DNA of 64,000 bases from the human T2T-CHM13v2.0 reference genome, Homo sapiens, in the NCBI RefSeq assembly GCF_009914755.1, contig NC_060936.1; one strand, given 5' to 3'. The notes beneath the pieces are model-generated. The model ran no database searches. It was given only the letters and a program-made list of their open reading frames with translations, and was not told the origin of the DNA. The translations under genes and the position numbers were made by a program. Each line of letters begins with the position of its first letter. The stretch's first letter is position 1. Shown piece after piece: positions 1-15,291 of the stretch.

Positions 1-1519
1 TTCAGCTTCAATGCCTTGGGAAGGGAGGAGCAGAGGAAAGCAGGGGGTCACTGAACTCCAAAACTCATGGTTTTCCAGGCTACTTCTATAGACATCACTT
101 AACCTAAAATTCTAAAGAGTTAATATGCATGAGGGATGGTAATATAGGAAGCACCTGAAAAAAATTCCTCCAGTCACTGATGGGAAATTTAAGCTGTGAA
201 TTTTTGTGAATTTTCAATTCCACAGAAAGCAAAATCTGTATCACATCCAGTAATATGTTAAGTTCTGAAGATACGTTTTCATTTTGCTGAATAAAAACCC
301 TATGACCCATGTTCTGGTCTTGAACTAGGTCAGAAAAACACTGTAATCTCCATATGCAATATTTCCTATAGGCAACCTAAAAGTGCAGCTGCCCCAACCC
401 TTGAAAAGTTTGAGAAGTCAAACTGAGCTATAATAAAGACACAAACAAATTAGGTAGGAGAAAATTCAAATAGGTGAGAAAGCAAGAAGTTAGATTTGTT
501 TGGGTCTTTTTCCTAGATTAAAAAAAAATATTATAAAATGCTTTGGACCCTAGTCCAACATAGCTGGAATGATAAGTTATTTAAAATACAAGTCCCCATC
601 CAGAAAGACAGTGTGCTTACGTAGCACCTGTCTCTTAGAAGTTCAATGTGCTTTAGGTATGATTATCAATTAATTGCATAATTACATTATTCAGAATATA
701 CTCAGACTTACTGTTAACTCCAGTGACTAAAGAGCCCCTGCCACTTGCTGCCAAGAAAATGAGTCCTGAACTTACAAGGTTAGGAGTGAAACTGATATGT
801 GTATTTGTTGACCCCAAAAGAAATACCACCCCTTTTCAAGGCAGAAAAAAATGAGAAGAGGGAGTAAGACACTTCTTTAAAAAGCCACAAAACATCTTAT
901 GAAAAACCACAGCCAGTGCATATTTTATAATACAACCCCTGAAAAAAGCCCCCCAGCAGCAGGGTGAGCAGAGGGAGCCGTGAAGATTTTGAAACCAGAG
1001 TGACTTGCAGTAACTGCCTAACAATAAATTCACAGAGTAAAATGCAGAATAGTTGACATATAACCAAGGTTTATGTTGTATCTAGAAATATGTTTTATGC
1101 TTTAAAAAAAATTGCAATGCACTCCAAAAATTTTTTTCTGATAATTCATGTACAACAGAAGGCACTGTTATCCGCATAAATCCATTGATTCTGCATGGCA
1201 AAAACCTGAGACGTGCAAGTCTATCCAATCCTCTAAAACAACCTTGGGCATTCAGCCTTTGGAACATATGGGTTGTCCTTTTCCGTCCAATGATTGTTTT
1301 TCTTTCATTTCATACTTACAGTAGCTGTTTAAAATATATATTTCAGGGTGACAAAGGTCAAAGGGGAAAGAGTAGATAAAAGTGCTGCCTAATGCCAGAT
1401 GGTAACTGGCACAGCAGGAGGGCCCTAAAAGCAGCCCCTCATTTCATCCCCTTGACCCTCACACTCCTCTTGTGAAATAAAATGCAGCGATGACATTTGG
1501 TCAGCTGATGTTCTTTCCT
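1..1519 (-). other. IPO8: IPO8 3'UTR (continues beyond the window start)
   Basis: Repeat-free sequence after the stop codon; I saw no minus-strand AATAAA within it. Confidence 0.8.
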
Positions 1520-1627
<108 letters not shown>

Positions 1628-2554
1628 TCAAAAGAAAAGGGGAGAAGAAAAAAAAAGAATGCTTAAGGTGACAAAGTTGGAGATGACTCAAAGGAGCCAG
1701 ATTCTTTATATGCTTAGAACTGTGAAAGAATGTGACTGGTAGTATTAGTTATCCTGCCAAAGAATAACTAAGAATAACAGACCTATGTCAATAAGGTGGT
1801 ATGTTCACTACCATCGGAAAATCTGCAAAAAACGAGTGAAAAGAAAACACGTCTCAGAGGTGGATTCTACTTCACTGTCTCTACTGCTGAAAGGGGGCCC
1901 AGACTTCTCATATCAGGAAGGCTGACTGAGAATCTGCACAGAACTGAAAATCTAAGTCCATGCAGAAGAGCCAGCATTCTAAACTCTAGATGTCTAGTTT
2001 GCCATGTTTCCTACTAAAATTTTTTTGTAACTACAAAATCTTTTCCAATGACAATCTACAAGTAACTACAATAATCAACACAGAGTAATTCCTCCAGCTT
2101 AAAAACTGAAAATCAACAACAAGAAACAATGTCAAATAAAGCCCAACAATGAGAAATAGAGAGCATTCCATTTCCAGGAATACAAGCTCCTTGCAAGAAT
2201 TCGTCAAGTCCCTTTGGCCCACGGTTGAAATGTTTAGGGGAGTGATCCAACTGATTAAGTCTCCCTCGGCAAGACTTATCCCAACCCTTACTTTGTACCT
2301 TTGCCTCCAACATAGGATAAGAATGTGAATGAGAACACCACTAGGAAATACATATTAATGTGCAGGTTTTTGCAAAGCTAAGACATCATGAGTGATTAAA
2401 ACAATCATACAATAATGACAATTCCTTATTATCTTAAAGGGTAAGTCTCTAACAATTTCAAAAACAGTGTTTAGGTGCCACCTGGCTCATCAAATAAGGC
2501 TGTCTGTTGGCACTCTGACACATGCACTCCACTCTGGAGGTTACTCTGGCTGAC

Positions 2555-2671
2555 CTGCCACCGTCCGTCGGTGCTCTGCCAGTGTGTACACCTCCTGCAG
2601 TGCTGTCCTCTGATCCTCGCTGAGTGGTGCCATCAGCAGCTGGTACCAGGCTGCATCTCGACTCTGCACAG
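2555..2671 (-). CDS. IPO8: IPO8 exon 24 (117 nt)
   Basis: AG/GTCAG; [38 protein letters not shown]. Confidence 0.96.
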
Positions 2672-3079
2672 CTGTTGCATTTTGGGAGGAAAAGACAGGA
2701 GGGTACAGCGACTATTAATTTACAGAACAAGTAGTAACATGATCAAATTACAAAGAAATTATCCCAGACAGTAAGAGACAAAGAGTACAGTACTACAACA
2801 CACACAAGGTAATGAAACTTACGCCAACAAAGGATTATTTCTGAGTACCCACTTAGTACCCAGCTATGTGGGAAATCAAAGGAAGGTTAGGACATTGCAA
2901 ATCTCTAGTCTGCCTAGTTCTCTGTCTCCTTTGCTGTCTTCTATGGATGTTCTCTAAAATCCAGAACACCAGTACTCACTTGTTACCATTTTCCTCTGGA
3001 ATTTTCATACTACCTGCAGCTTTAGTATTGCTACCACCCCAAGGATTCAAATCTGTACCTCTAGGAAAAACCTTCCCCT

Positions 3080-3880
3080 AAGCCTCCTGGACTGTTCCAT
3101 TTGAATAGCTCATCTCAAACTCAACACAACTAAAACCAAATTTAACAATTTCCTCCCAAACCTTCTATCTCTCCATTTATCTCACCAGTTCTATTAGTCT
3201 CCCAGTCCACTACTGTGCATCCTTAACATCCCTGAGCATGCCCTCTCCACACCCAAAGCTCTGCTTCTTTCTTAATGTCTTTCATCTGTATGCTGCTTTC
3301 CATCAAATGTCACCCTCCCCATTCCAGGTCTCTATACATCTAAATTAATAAAGTGAACCTCTAACACTTGGCTCCCACATCTAGTCCTTTCCAGTTTTTT
3401 CTGCACATCATCCATCACCGGGTAACTCCCCTGAAGTGAATTACCACATCTAAAAGGTCACCGCCTCAGAACACAACTTTCAACACTATTCCAATGGGCA
3501 ATGGGATGGACCACCTCAGTCCAGAATTCAAGGCCACTATAGCCCAGCCCAACTGCGTTCCTTCACAGTCTTTAAGCAGTGGCCCCTACATGCTGGTTTA
3601 AAGTTGCTTGTCACTTGAGAAGCATCTTTAAAAATACATCTCCTGAGATCCTACTCAAGACCTAAAAGCCTCCTTGGTGATTATGACACACCCATGTCTG
3701 GAACTACACTAGGCCACATCCTCCATATTTCCATCTCCACGTTTATGCTGTTACGTTTCCCATGCTTTGGAATATAGTTTCCTGTGTTCTCTGCCTCCAA
3801 TTCCTCTGAATTTCAATAAGAACATCTAGGTAGTTTTTTCTTCATTAATGTTATTTGTAGCAACACTAAAAAATGCCAAT
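3080..3880 (+). mobile_element. Degenerate LINE-2 fragment
   Basis: C/T-rich L2-like motifs (catctcaaactcaaca...cttcta); boundaries approximate. Confidence 0.55.
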
Positions 3881-4716
3881 ATATTAAGCTAATATTGCCT
3901 TATTAGTAAAAACATTTACATGTAAGGATGTTCATTTTAATAACCCTCATAATGGTAAAAACATTGGAAACAATCTTAAATGTCCCACAGTGGAACTAAA
4001 TTACAATGTAACTATGGAAATACTATCTAACCATAAAACAAATAATCTATATTAATGAGATTTAAAATAATTTATTTGATTAATAATTTTCTAAATATCC
4101 TCACTGGCTTGTTTTTATTCTGTAAATTTTCCATTTCCATTTTCTACTAGGTTACTGGTCTTATGTATCTGAGGATGGCCTCTGTACACTGTGTACATTA
4201 TGCCTATTATGCATATGTGGCAAATATTTTCTCCCCCCGAATCATTTATGAGTCCTGTAACTGTAATTATACTGTTCTTTGTTGTATAAAATTGGCAAAT
4301 TACTTACAAAGTAAAAAGTCACCCTCTTACGGCAGCAATTTCATTCTAGGGATTGTGAATAACTAGTAGGTTGTTAGCCACAATTTTTAAGCAATGTATG
4401 CCTGAAACACTTCATTCTTTGCTATAAAAATGCTTGCCCATTTATGCCTAAAGGATGAACAATATACACAGATACTCCACATATTACTTTTGCAAGGATA
4501 ACATACAGGCTCACCCTGCTACTTCTCAATGATGAAAGCTGCTAGGATTGGGTGATAGGTGTTTCATTATTTTAATTTCTATCATTTCATGTATGTATGT
4601 TTGGGGATTTCTATCATAAGGAATAAACAAAAAAATTTTTAAAAGAACCTAGACCAATCTTGGGCAAATATCAAAACAGGAAGAAATGAAGAAAGAGTTT
4701 AGAAAAAAAAATATCA

Positions 4717-4965
<249 letters not shown>

Positions 4966-5454
4966 TTAAAAGGAATCAAAACACATAAGGACAAAATATA
5001 AAACTTCACGACAAAAACCAAAGACTATAAAACTACACTCTGGAAAGGAAAAAATCTTCCACAAAATTTTAATAAAAATAAATCTTATCCCTGGTCTAAA
5101 GAGGAGAGTCAAAAAATAAAAATAAAAAATAAAATAAATAAACCTTATCTTTACTGTAGAGTTTGCTAAGTTGAGAATGTCCTTATCCTCCTCACTGAAA
5201 ACAAGTTCCCTAAACCTGTTATCCAGATGAACATTACTACTGTTAGGCTATGCAAGTTCATTAATACAAGAATATTATTCAATTGCAGATTTCAAAATTA
5301 CCTTTGTTTAAAAAAAAAGTGACTGTACGGTCAGTGCATGTGTTTTAAACAATGACTTCCTATTGAGAATTCAGTCCTCTTAATTAACTGAGTTGATTAT
5401 AAAGTGCTTAGAAATGCCCAAATGAGATCATTTCTGCTAGTAGAAACAGTAAAA

Positions 5455-6113
5455 ATACAGATCCAGCCATCCCACTTCAGGATATATATCTAAAATATTT
5501 TAAATCAATACGTAGAACAGATGTCAGCAGCCCTGTGTTCATCGCAGCATTATTCACAATAGCCAAGTTACAGAATCAACCTAAGTGTCCATCAACAACG
5601 GATGAATAAAGAAAATGTGGATTCTTTAAAATGAAACACTATTCAGCTTTTAAAAAGGTAATTCTGTCAATTCCAACAACACTGATGAACTTGGACATTA
5701 TGATAAGTGAAATAAGCCAGGCACAGAAAGACACATACTGCCTGTTCTCACTTATACATAGAATCTAAAACAATCAAACTCATAGAAGTAGAGAATAGAA
5801 TGGTGGTTACCAGAGGCTAGAGGTGGTGGGAATATGGGAATGTTGGTAAAAGGGTACAAAGTCTCAGGAAGAATTAGGTTTTTGTTTTGTTTTGTTTTGT
5901 TTTGGTATCTATTGTACAGCATGGTGAATACAGTTAATAGTATATGTACATTTCAAAATTGGCAAGATTGTAAATTTCAAATGTTCCCACCATTAAAAAG
6001 GGTATTTAAGGTGATGGATATATTAGTTTGATTTAATCATTCCGCATTATATTCACAAATCATAACATCGCTTTGTACTCCATAAATATATAATTTGCTA
6101 ATTTATAATAAAA
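5455..6113 (+). mobile_element. L1MA-type 3' end
   Basis: gcagcattattcacaatagccaag, aagtgaaataagccaggcacagaaagac, aataaaa tail. Confidence 0.85.
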
Positions 6114-7630
6114 AGAAATAGCAAAAATGTAAAGAAAAATAGCTACATGTCGCTTGAAAAGTTAAAAACTTGAACTACATTATGTATCACCATGGATTCT
6201 GTATCTATTTTCAGTGTCAATCTGTTCCTAGCAGTTAGATTGTAACTGAAATACTGGAACAGGAAGGCAGTAAATGCAGAACAAAAATCAAGATAAGAGA
6301 GAAATCCTGGAGTAAACCCAAACCAGGTAATATTAACCTAAAACTAGTTCTATTAGACACACCATATTGAAGCAGGTAGATTGAACTAGGTAGTTTTAGG
6401 AATAAGGCACTTAACCAGAGTTTGGACCAAATACACGAAAAAATGCATGGCAAATTATAACTATTAATACAAAAAGACTGAGAAATACCTCCACTAGTTA
6501 ATCATTCCATACTTTAGTAGGAAGTACAAGAAAGTGTGGGATATTACCAGAAAATTTTCCCTCAAGCCATACAGTATAAGCCAATAAAGAGTTGCCAAAA
6601 CAAGAAATTAGAGATCATAACATACTGGAAAAAATAAAAGAATTCTACAACTGTTGACACACAGTTAGCTAAAAACAAAACAAAACAAAACAAAAATCAC
6701 ACATGCAACACTTCTAATAAAGAAGCATTTCTTCAAAAGACCTACACAGATTTCAGAAAAACAAATTAGAAGCTGTATTTTGTGCTGTGGAGGGGAGAAA
6801 AAGGGTAGTTTATAATCTCTGGTATATGAACAAACTGGGATGATGCCAGTTAAAAGTGTTTTAAATCTATCCATGCTAAAATCACAGAATTTAGCATCAA
6901 AAATAGAGCTGTATGTTTACCAGGAAGAGTTCTGATTTTTCTCAGCTAACAAAGTATCTGTTTTTAACCAGGAGAGGAAAAAATCCACCTGGAATAGGAG
7001 AATGCTACTTCCTAGTCTCTAGCAAGTAGCTCCGCAATCTCATCATTAAACAAAACAAAGGTCTAATATTCAACTCTAACAATCTTATTCTGATTCTCAA
7101 GTATATCCACTTCATTTATGTACTTTACCTTAATTTATATTTAAATCACAAATATGGACGTCTCTCAAATGTAATTTTTGCTAATGAGTCACCTAAGAAC
7201 CATTCCAGAAAAAGAAAAAAAAGACACTCTCTACTAATCTGTGGTACTAACACTTCAGCTCTTAATGTAATGATTCATTTAACTCATGGCTACTGCCTTG
7301 ATGAGGCTGTTAGCACAAACAAGAAAGTTAGATACTAGATTGCTAACTTACAGTCAAGACCATTTGATTGTTATAAATGTGTTTCCTAATGTGTAACAGC
7401 ATCTATTAGGCTCCATAAAAAAAACCGCTGAGTATATTAGGTGTCAGAAGGTGCATAAATCTAAATTTATATAGCATGATACAATTAATAGCAAGTCAAC
7501 CAAGCCCAAAATATTTGTTATATGTGTAGCAGGCCGAAGAATGTAAATCTGTTTAATGTCTCCATATAGACTAGTATTCATATAAAATGCATACACAAAT
7601 CAAAATCAATTGTAACATTAATTTCAATTA

Positions 7631-7942
<312 letters not shown>

Positions 7943-9279
7943 CTAAGGTTCATCTGTTGGTATCATACAGAGACATTCCCTGTTTTGTACTGTATGAAAT
8001 GCTATGTAAATCAAATTTTGTAAACCAATTATTTTCAAAGACCTATTGGGAGTCTGCAATTAACATGGTGAATCTTGCTGTAATATCAATTTATGATTAA
8101 TATAAATGTTATATATGGGCCTCGGCATAAGGAGTTTTAATAAAGCAGAAATACCTATATTTGACAGCATAAAAGTCCTATACAATGGTTGGGGGGAATG
8201 AAGAGTTTCTTAGACTCTTCCAACATTAGATTGATCTACAAGGTTTCTCAGCACACATAATCTACCCAAACCCTAAGAGGTGAAAGATGTTTCAAAAACT
8301 CAGCATCTAGTAAGATAGTAAGCTGAACTTAATTTAAGCAGTCTACTAAACTCCTGTGCTATAAAATAGCATAAGAAAAATATAAGGACAAGGAAAATTT
8401 TATTCAGAAAGAAAAAAAGTTTGACCAGTAAACATTAGACATTTTTCTACTAAATGCTTCCTCTAAGTTGCTTAAAACTAAAAAATTAAGAACTAAAAGA
8501 TTACATTGGCAAAACATTCTTAAAATTGTGTGAATAAAAAATTCACTTGCAGCGATTCAATGTGTTTAAAGTGCGAATAATATAACAAATCCAATAATGA
8601 ATATTCTACAGGCTTCTGTTATTCTTCATTATTTGCATTCCTTGATTGATTCAAGTCACTAATGCCCAACTAGTACGCTATAACAGAACTGTACTTGACC
8701 TGAGGACCTTCTCATCCATGCAACCCCTAAATACATGCCACACGGATCACAGCAGAAAAGATGATTATCAAGCAGAGCTCGAAAGAATCCAAGGAAGCAC
8801 AACCCAAGGACTCCCAGTCTACACAATAGCAGGGAGACTGCTTCCAGTGCTAATAAACACATAAGAGAACCAACCGCTTAACTTTAAATTACCAAATCTC
8901 TACTCCCTAAATCTTTCTCAGAGATAACTTTAACAACAATTTCTTTGATAGTATGTTCTTCCCTTCAAGGTTTTAATAACAAATCTCAATCAGGGATTAA
9001 TTCCAGTGTCCTGCAAGTAGAAAAATTAGAACACGCATAGCAGCTTGTAAATATGTTCCCCCATTCCTAACGCCCCACCCTAATCCAGGCCTCCATCTTC
9101 TCCTGCCTGTGGCAGCAGTGTCTTAACCACTGTGGGGAGTCTGTTCCTCTCAGGAAATTTTTCTAAATGATCTCTCACAAAACTTAAGAAGAATACTATT
9201 AATTTCCAGTTAGATATTAGATAGTGTTTTAAAACAAATTAGACAGCTAGCTCAATTTCTAGCATAACACAATCACTAA

Positions 9280-9630
<351 letters not shown>

Positions 9631-10107
9631 TCACTCTTCCTATTTTTGAAAACTAGGAAGAGTGCTTCACATAAAACCAAATTCTCCTACTGGGGCAGCA
9701 CCTGGGCTACAAATAACAAGCCTTCTGACTCCACTTTTGAGAACAGGCATCCCTGAGATCTGCAAAGAGTTAAACATTCTGTGACATTACATTTTATCTT
9801 TGCCAGAGGGGTACCATCCTTAGAAATCCAACTCCATTTAGAATGTTTTTACCCACTGACACTTAATCATGGAACCCAGACAGACAACTAATTCTTGTTG
9901 CCTAGAGATACAATGATACACTTGTGTTTAAAAAAAATAAATAAAAAAAATAAAAGCGGGAAAGGGCTACATCAAATTTTCAGAGGCTGCATTCTTTCCA
10001 CTAGATTACCCTGCTGAAATGCATTCTTAATCCTCTAAAAATTAAATATTAACAATACACTAAAAATAATTCCTAAGACATGAAAATTATCTTTGTACAT
10101 GCTATTA

Positions 10108-10395
<288 letters not shown>

Positions 10396-11408
10396 CTAGA
10401 AGACAAGCAAAAGAAAGTCAACCACACAGACAGCCCAAGTAACTTTTATAGAAGCTGAATATTGGCAGAGCATTCTCAATAAATAAGACAGTCTTAATGG
10501 CAATGAGACTTTTGACTAAATCATTTTAGAGGTATTTAAAAGATTTATATTATTATAACAACCTAGAGAGACTAAATAGACAAAAACAAGTCCTATAGCA
10601 GTGCCAGAAAATCTCCTTCCTTCTTAAGTAAATTAAAGTCAGCTGAAGATTGTCCTGTAAGAGTCCACGCTCAAACAGTGTCAATAATCCCTATGTGGAC
10701 ACAGCCACTTGCACATCTAAGGTGAAATCACTGCATGTCATTTTCTTTGACAAATTAAATTGGAAATAAATAAATGGGACTGAAAATAATTATGATGTAA
10801 TCAGATTGTTTTTGAGAAAGAAAATTCCTGTTAATATAAGATGAAAAAGGCTAAAGAAAAAATGGTGGAGCCTGAACATTAAAATAAAATCTGACTCCAA
10901 TTCTAAGGTGCAATATTGATGAACTAATTTTACTAGAACTATTTCCCAATAGTTATTTTCAGTTAAAGGGGATGAGCTGAAATGATTTCTATAAAATAAA
11001 ATCTGAGGTCTTACTATAAGCCCCTTTTTAAATTAAACTTTTAAAAAAATCAAGGTTTTGTGTAGAAAGTTGAGTTATATTTATTATTTTCTTTTTAGTA
11101 GGCCAAATTGGATATATATTTGGGTCAGCAGACTATTAGTCTGGTTTAGGATAACATATTAAATCAAAATACATGACTACACATACTTTTAAGACCATAA
11201 AGCTCTCTACAAAGATGAGATAACTAGTTTAACTCTACGTCTACTTATGCTGATACAACATATTCTGTGTTCTAATTTGAGATAACACATATAAGCTATG
11301 TTAAAAATTATTACCATGGTCAAATAATTAGTTGTGGATAAACGCAGCCACAAGAAAATATAAATTAAGTTTGAAAAGCTCTTTTTGAGATGTTTTAAAA
11401 CTAAAGTT

Positions 11409-11652
11409 TCAAAATTACAGCTAGATGGGAGAAATAAGTTCTGGTGTTCTATAGCACTATGGGATGACTATAGTTAACAGTAATACATAGTTTCAAATAG
11501 CTAGGAGGAGGACATTGAATGTTCTCAACACAAAGAAGCCATAAATGTTTGAGACAATGGATATGCTAATTACCCTGATCAGATCACTACACATTGTATC
11601 AAAACATCACTATGTATTCTATAAACATACAATTATGTCAGCTTAAATAAAT
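11409..11652 (+). mobile_element. L1MA-type 3' end fragment
   Basis: aaataagttctggtgttctatagcact...atgctaattaccctgatc; flanked by aaa(c/a)taaagtttca direct repeats. Confidence 0.8.
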
Positions 11653-12154
11653 AGAAAATAAAGTTTCATTTTAACAAGTATTTACTATTACACACAAAGC
11701 CATAAGAACATAAAGGAATTGTGAAGTTTTAGAACTAGTAAAACTAAAAGAATTCCATTATATTAAAACAAAATCGATTATGGAAGCTGGTTGGACTACT
11801 ACGTAAATGCACAATTAGAGCACTGTGCAGCTGCAGAAGGAATGCAGAATATCTCCACATGCTACTATCAGGTGATCTGCAGGATATGTTACTTAGCGTA
11901 GAAGGCAACAGAGAAAATGTATAGTATGCTACCGTTTACCTAAGAAGGCAAGGAGAGAATATCTATTTTTTGTTTTTGTTTTGTTTTTTAATGAAAGGAT
12001 GAACTAAAACTAGGGGAAGAAATGGAGAAGAAGAAGAAGGGTAGAGGGATAGGGTGGAAGCTGGACTTCTCTGAATATACCTTGTCTTATAAATTAGACC
12101 TTAGAACTGTGTCTATGGTTCCCATATCCGTTACCAAAAAATTAAGCTATTTCT

Positions 12155-12216
12155 TTTTTTTTTTTTTTTTTCTTTTTTGGAGACAGAGTCTTGCTCTGTC
12201 ACCCAGGCTAGAGTGC
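12155..12216 (-). mobile_element. Extremely 5'-truncated Alu with perfect 16-bp TSD
   Basis: About 38 nt of Alu 3' end plus A-tail between aaattaagctatttct at 12139-12154 and 12217-12232. Confidence 0.9.
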
Positions 12217-12572
12217 AAATTAAGCTATTTCTAAAAATTAAGATAAATTGAAGTAAGTGAATCAACCAAATGAGGATTATTTTAATAACTTTAAAATTTA
12301 ATTATTTGACTGTATTTTCACTGTATATTGCTAGTGGATGAACATATCTTAGAGATAAAAAGAGCTACTAAAAAAAACAAACAGTAGTAACCATTTCTTG
12401 GTAATAATGTTGGTATAATTAGTCTGAGACTAAATGTATCCATTAATGGGATAAAGCAAGCAAGTAATTAAGATGAGAACCAGAATTTTTGGTGTGGGAG
12501 ATATAGAACAGAATCGAGTAGGTTAAGGATAAAGAATGTAGTCATGAATCTGAATTAGAAATACCTGTGTGT

Positions 12573-12881
<309 letters not shown>

Positions 12882-12892
12882 TCTGTGCATAT

Positions 12893-13104
12893 TAGAGTAT
12901 TAGAGACATAAAGATGGAAATAATAGGTACGGGGACTCCAAAAGAGGTAAAGGAGAGAATGGGGCAAGGGTTGAAAAATGATCTGTTGGGTACCGTGTTC
13001 ACTATCTGGACAACAGGTTCAATAGAAACCCAAACCTCAGCATCACACAATATATCCATGTAACAAACCTGCACATGTATCCCCCAAATCTAAAATTAAA
13101 AAAA
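12893..13104 (+). mobile_element. L1PB/old L1PA 3' end
   Basis: gacataaagatggaaataata...ccatgtaacaaacctgcacatgtatccc...aaaa. Confidence 0.85.
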
Positions 13105-13199
13105 GAATTATCTGTGTACATTAATGTTTTATTGACTAAAAAAAGCCAAACAACATATTTCTTGGCTCTATTTTGTAGAAACAATGACCAATCCAATAT

Positions 13200-13365
13200 C
13201 AATGAATATATATATATAGCGACATATTAGTTATATACATTAATATGCATTAGTATATATGTAGCTAATTATCAATTTATTAATACGATATATAAATAGT
13301 ACATATTATATATATACACACATATATACTATACATATATATGTTTTAGATATATATGTATAGCA
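13200..13365. repeat. TA-rich low-complexity tract
   Basis: Degenerate (TA)n/(TACA)n. Confidence 0.8.
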
Positions 13366-14128
13366 ATGAATATCCCCTGTGCCCAGCTTGTAGTCTTGAA
13401 TACCATTTCCCAGGCTAGGACGAGACATCTATAAGATAAGCCTGGAATATCTAGTCGTACCAAGACAGCAAGGAAACTACCAAAGACTATTAGAATCAGG
13501 TTAAAAGGGCTCATAAGACAAATTCAAGAGGCTCCCATGGGACAAAAATGAAACTATGTATACTTAAAATACACTGAAACACATAGAGTAAATTTGGATC
13601 TATACATTCATAAGGATACTAAAAATTTTTAAAACCAAACAACATAATAAAACATTTTGCTGATCATCTTTGGAGAATGCTAGGTAAGAAACTTATCTTG
13701 AATAATGGTAAATAAAGGGAAATACTCAAGCTGTTTCTCAAAGTAGCCTGATAATTTATGAGAAAACATTTCTCTTTACAGGAATATTTCACCTAATAAA
13801 GAAGAAATGACAGAATTAGAAGATCACCATCAGCAACACTAACATCATGAGAGACCACCAGACATACTGTGCCTCCTAGTAAAATTACACACCATCACCC
13901 ATGAAGTGCATGAGCCGAGATCATGCCATTTGCACTCTAGCCTGGTGAGTCAAACCTGAATCCAAGACAACACTAAATGTAATCACTAATTTACAGGAAA
14001 TTTAGAGGAATGGAATGCCAATCAATACAGTCCTTCAGCTGTACTTGAGTGCATTGTAATGGTAACCTCACTAACAGTAGAGATCACCTTGTGTCCTTAA
14101 CTTTCTGATACACAAATTCTTGAATACT

Positions 14129-14475
14129 ACTATGGTCTCGATATGGTTTGTCCTCCTGAAACTCATGTTGAAATTTGATCCCCAGTGTGGCAGGTTTTGG
14201 GAGGTGGGGCCTAGTGGGAAGTGTTTGAGTCATGGTAGTGGTCGACCCCTTATGAATGCCTTGGGGCCATTCTCCTGTTGTGATGTAATGAGCGACTTCT
14301 CACTATCATTCTGGCACAACTGAATTACTTTTTGTGGGAATGAACTAGTTCCCATGAGAGTAGGTTGTTATAAAGCAAGGACACCCCTGGGTTTTGCCCC
14401 TTCGCATACATCCACTTCCCCTTTGACCTTCCACCACGTTGTGGTACAGCACAGGCCATAGCTTGCCAGCTTCTG
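14129..14475 (+). mobile_element. ERVL-MaLR (MST-like) solo LTR
   Basis: atggtttgtcc...aaactcatgttgaaatttgatcccc...gaggtggggcctagtgggaagtgtttg. Confidence 0.8.
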
Positions 14476-14747
14476 GCGTACAGAATGGATTCTAAAGTCT
14501 TTGGCATGGATTTATTCTATAGTCTTCTGAACCTCTCCCCAACCTATGTTTCCATTATTAAAGCCTACAGCTCAGAACCCTCCAAAATCCAGTCAACAGA
14601 ACTAAATACTTCTTTAGCCCCACTCATGTCTTGTGCTTTACTACCTTCTTATTTTGTTAACATCATAATTTATTTTCACCTCCACTATGTCACCTAAAAA
14701 GTACATAATAACAAAGGGAGAAAAGAGCCTTCAAAGATACCTGTTGG

Positions 14748-15043
14748 GGACAGGTGGTAGTTCACACCTGTAATCCCAGAACTTTGGGAAGCTGAGGCAG
14801 GAGGATCACTTGAAGCCAGGAGTTAGAGAGCGGCCAAAACCACATAGTGAGACCTCATCTTTACAAAAAATTTGAAAATGAGCTGGGCATGGTGGCATAT
14901 GCCTGTAGTCAGTCCCAGCTACTCAGGAGGTAAGATGGGAGGATCACCTGGGCCCAGGAATTTGAGGTTACCATGAGATACGACTGCACCATTGCACTCC
15001 AGCCTAGGCAAAAGAGAGATCCAATCTCCATTAAAAAAAAAAA
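14748..15043 (+). mobile_element. AluJ
   Basis: Diverged dimeric Alu with ggatcacctgggcccagga. Confidence 0.88.
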
Positions 15044-15291
15044 GGTTTTTAAATAAATATCAGTAAAACTTTATGATTTTTTAGAAAGGTCATAATTTTT
15101 TTGTCACTAATACCCCAATAAAGCTTGGGGGTAGGCAGAAGTCATTCTCAAAAATAATGAAGATTTTGGTGGTAAGTAAAGCTCCATTGAGAGCAAAAAG
15201 ATGGGCCAGCAGTTCACCAGAGATGGCCAAGGAAGGAGACAGGCAAAGCAAGCTCCCTCAGGTCCAAACAAACCTCAAAGATGTACTTTGC

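Noticed and set aside
2475-2774. Antisense 99-aa ORF over exon 24
   Set aside because: Non-ATG start, no homology recognised; a shadow of the coding exon
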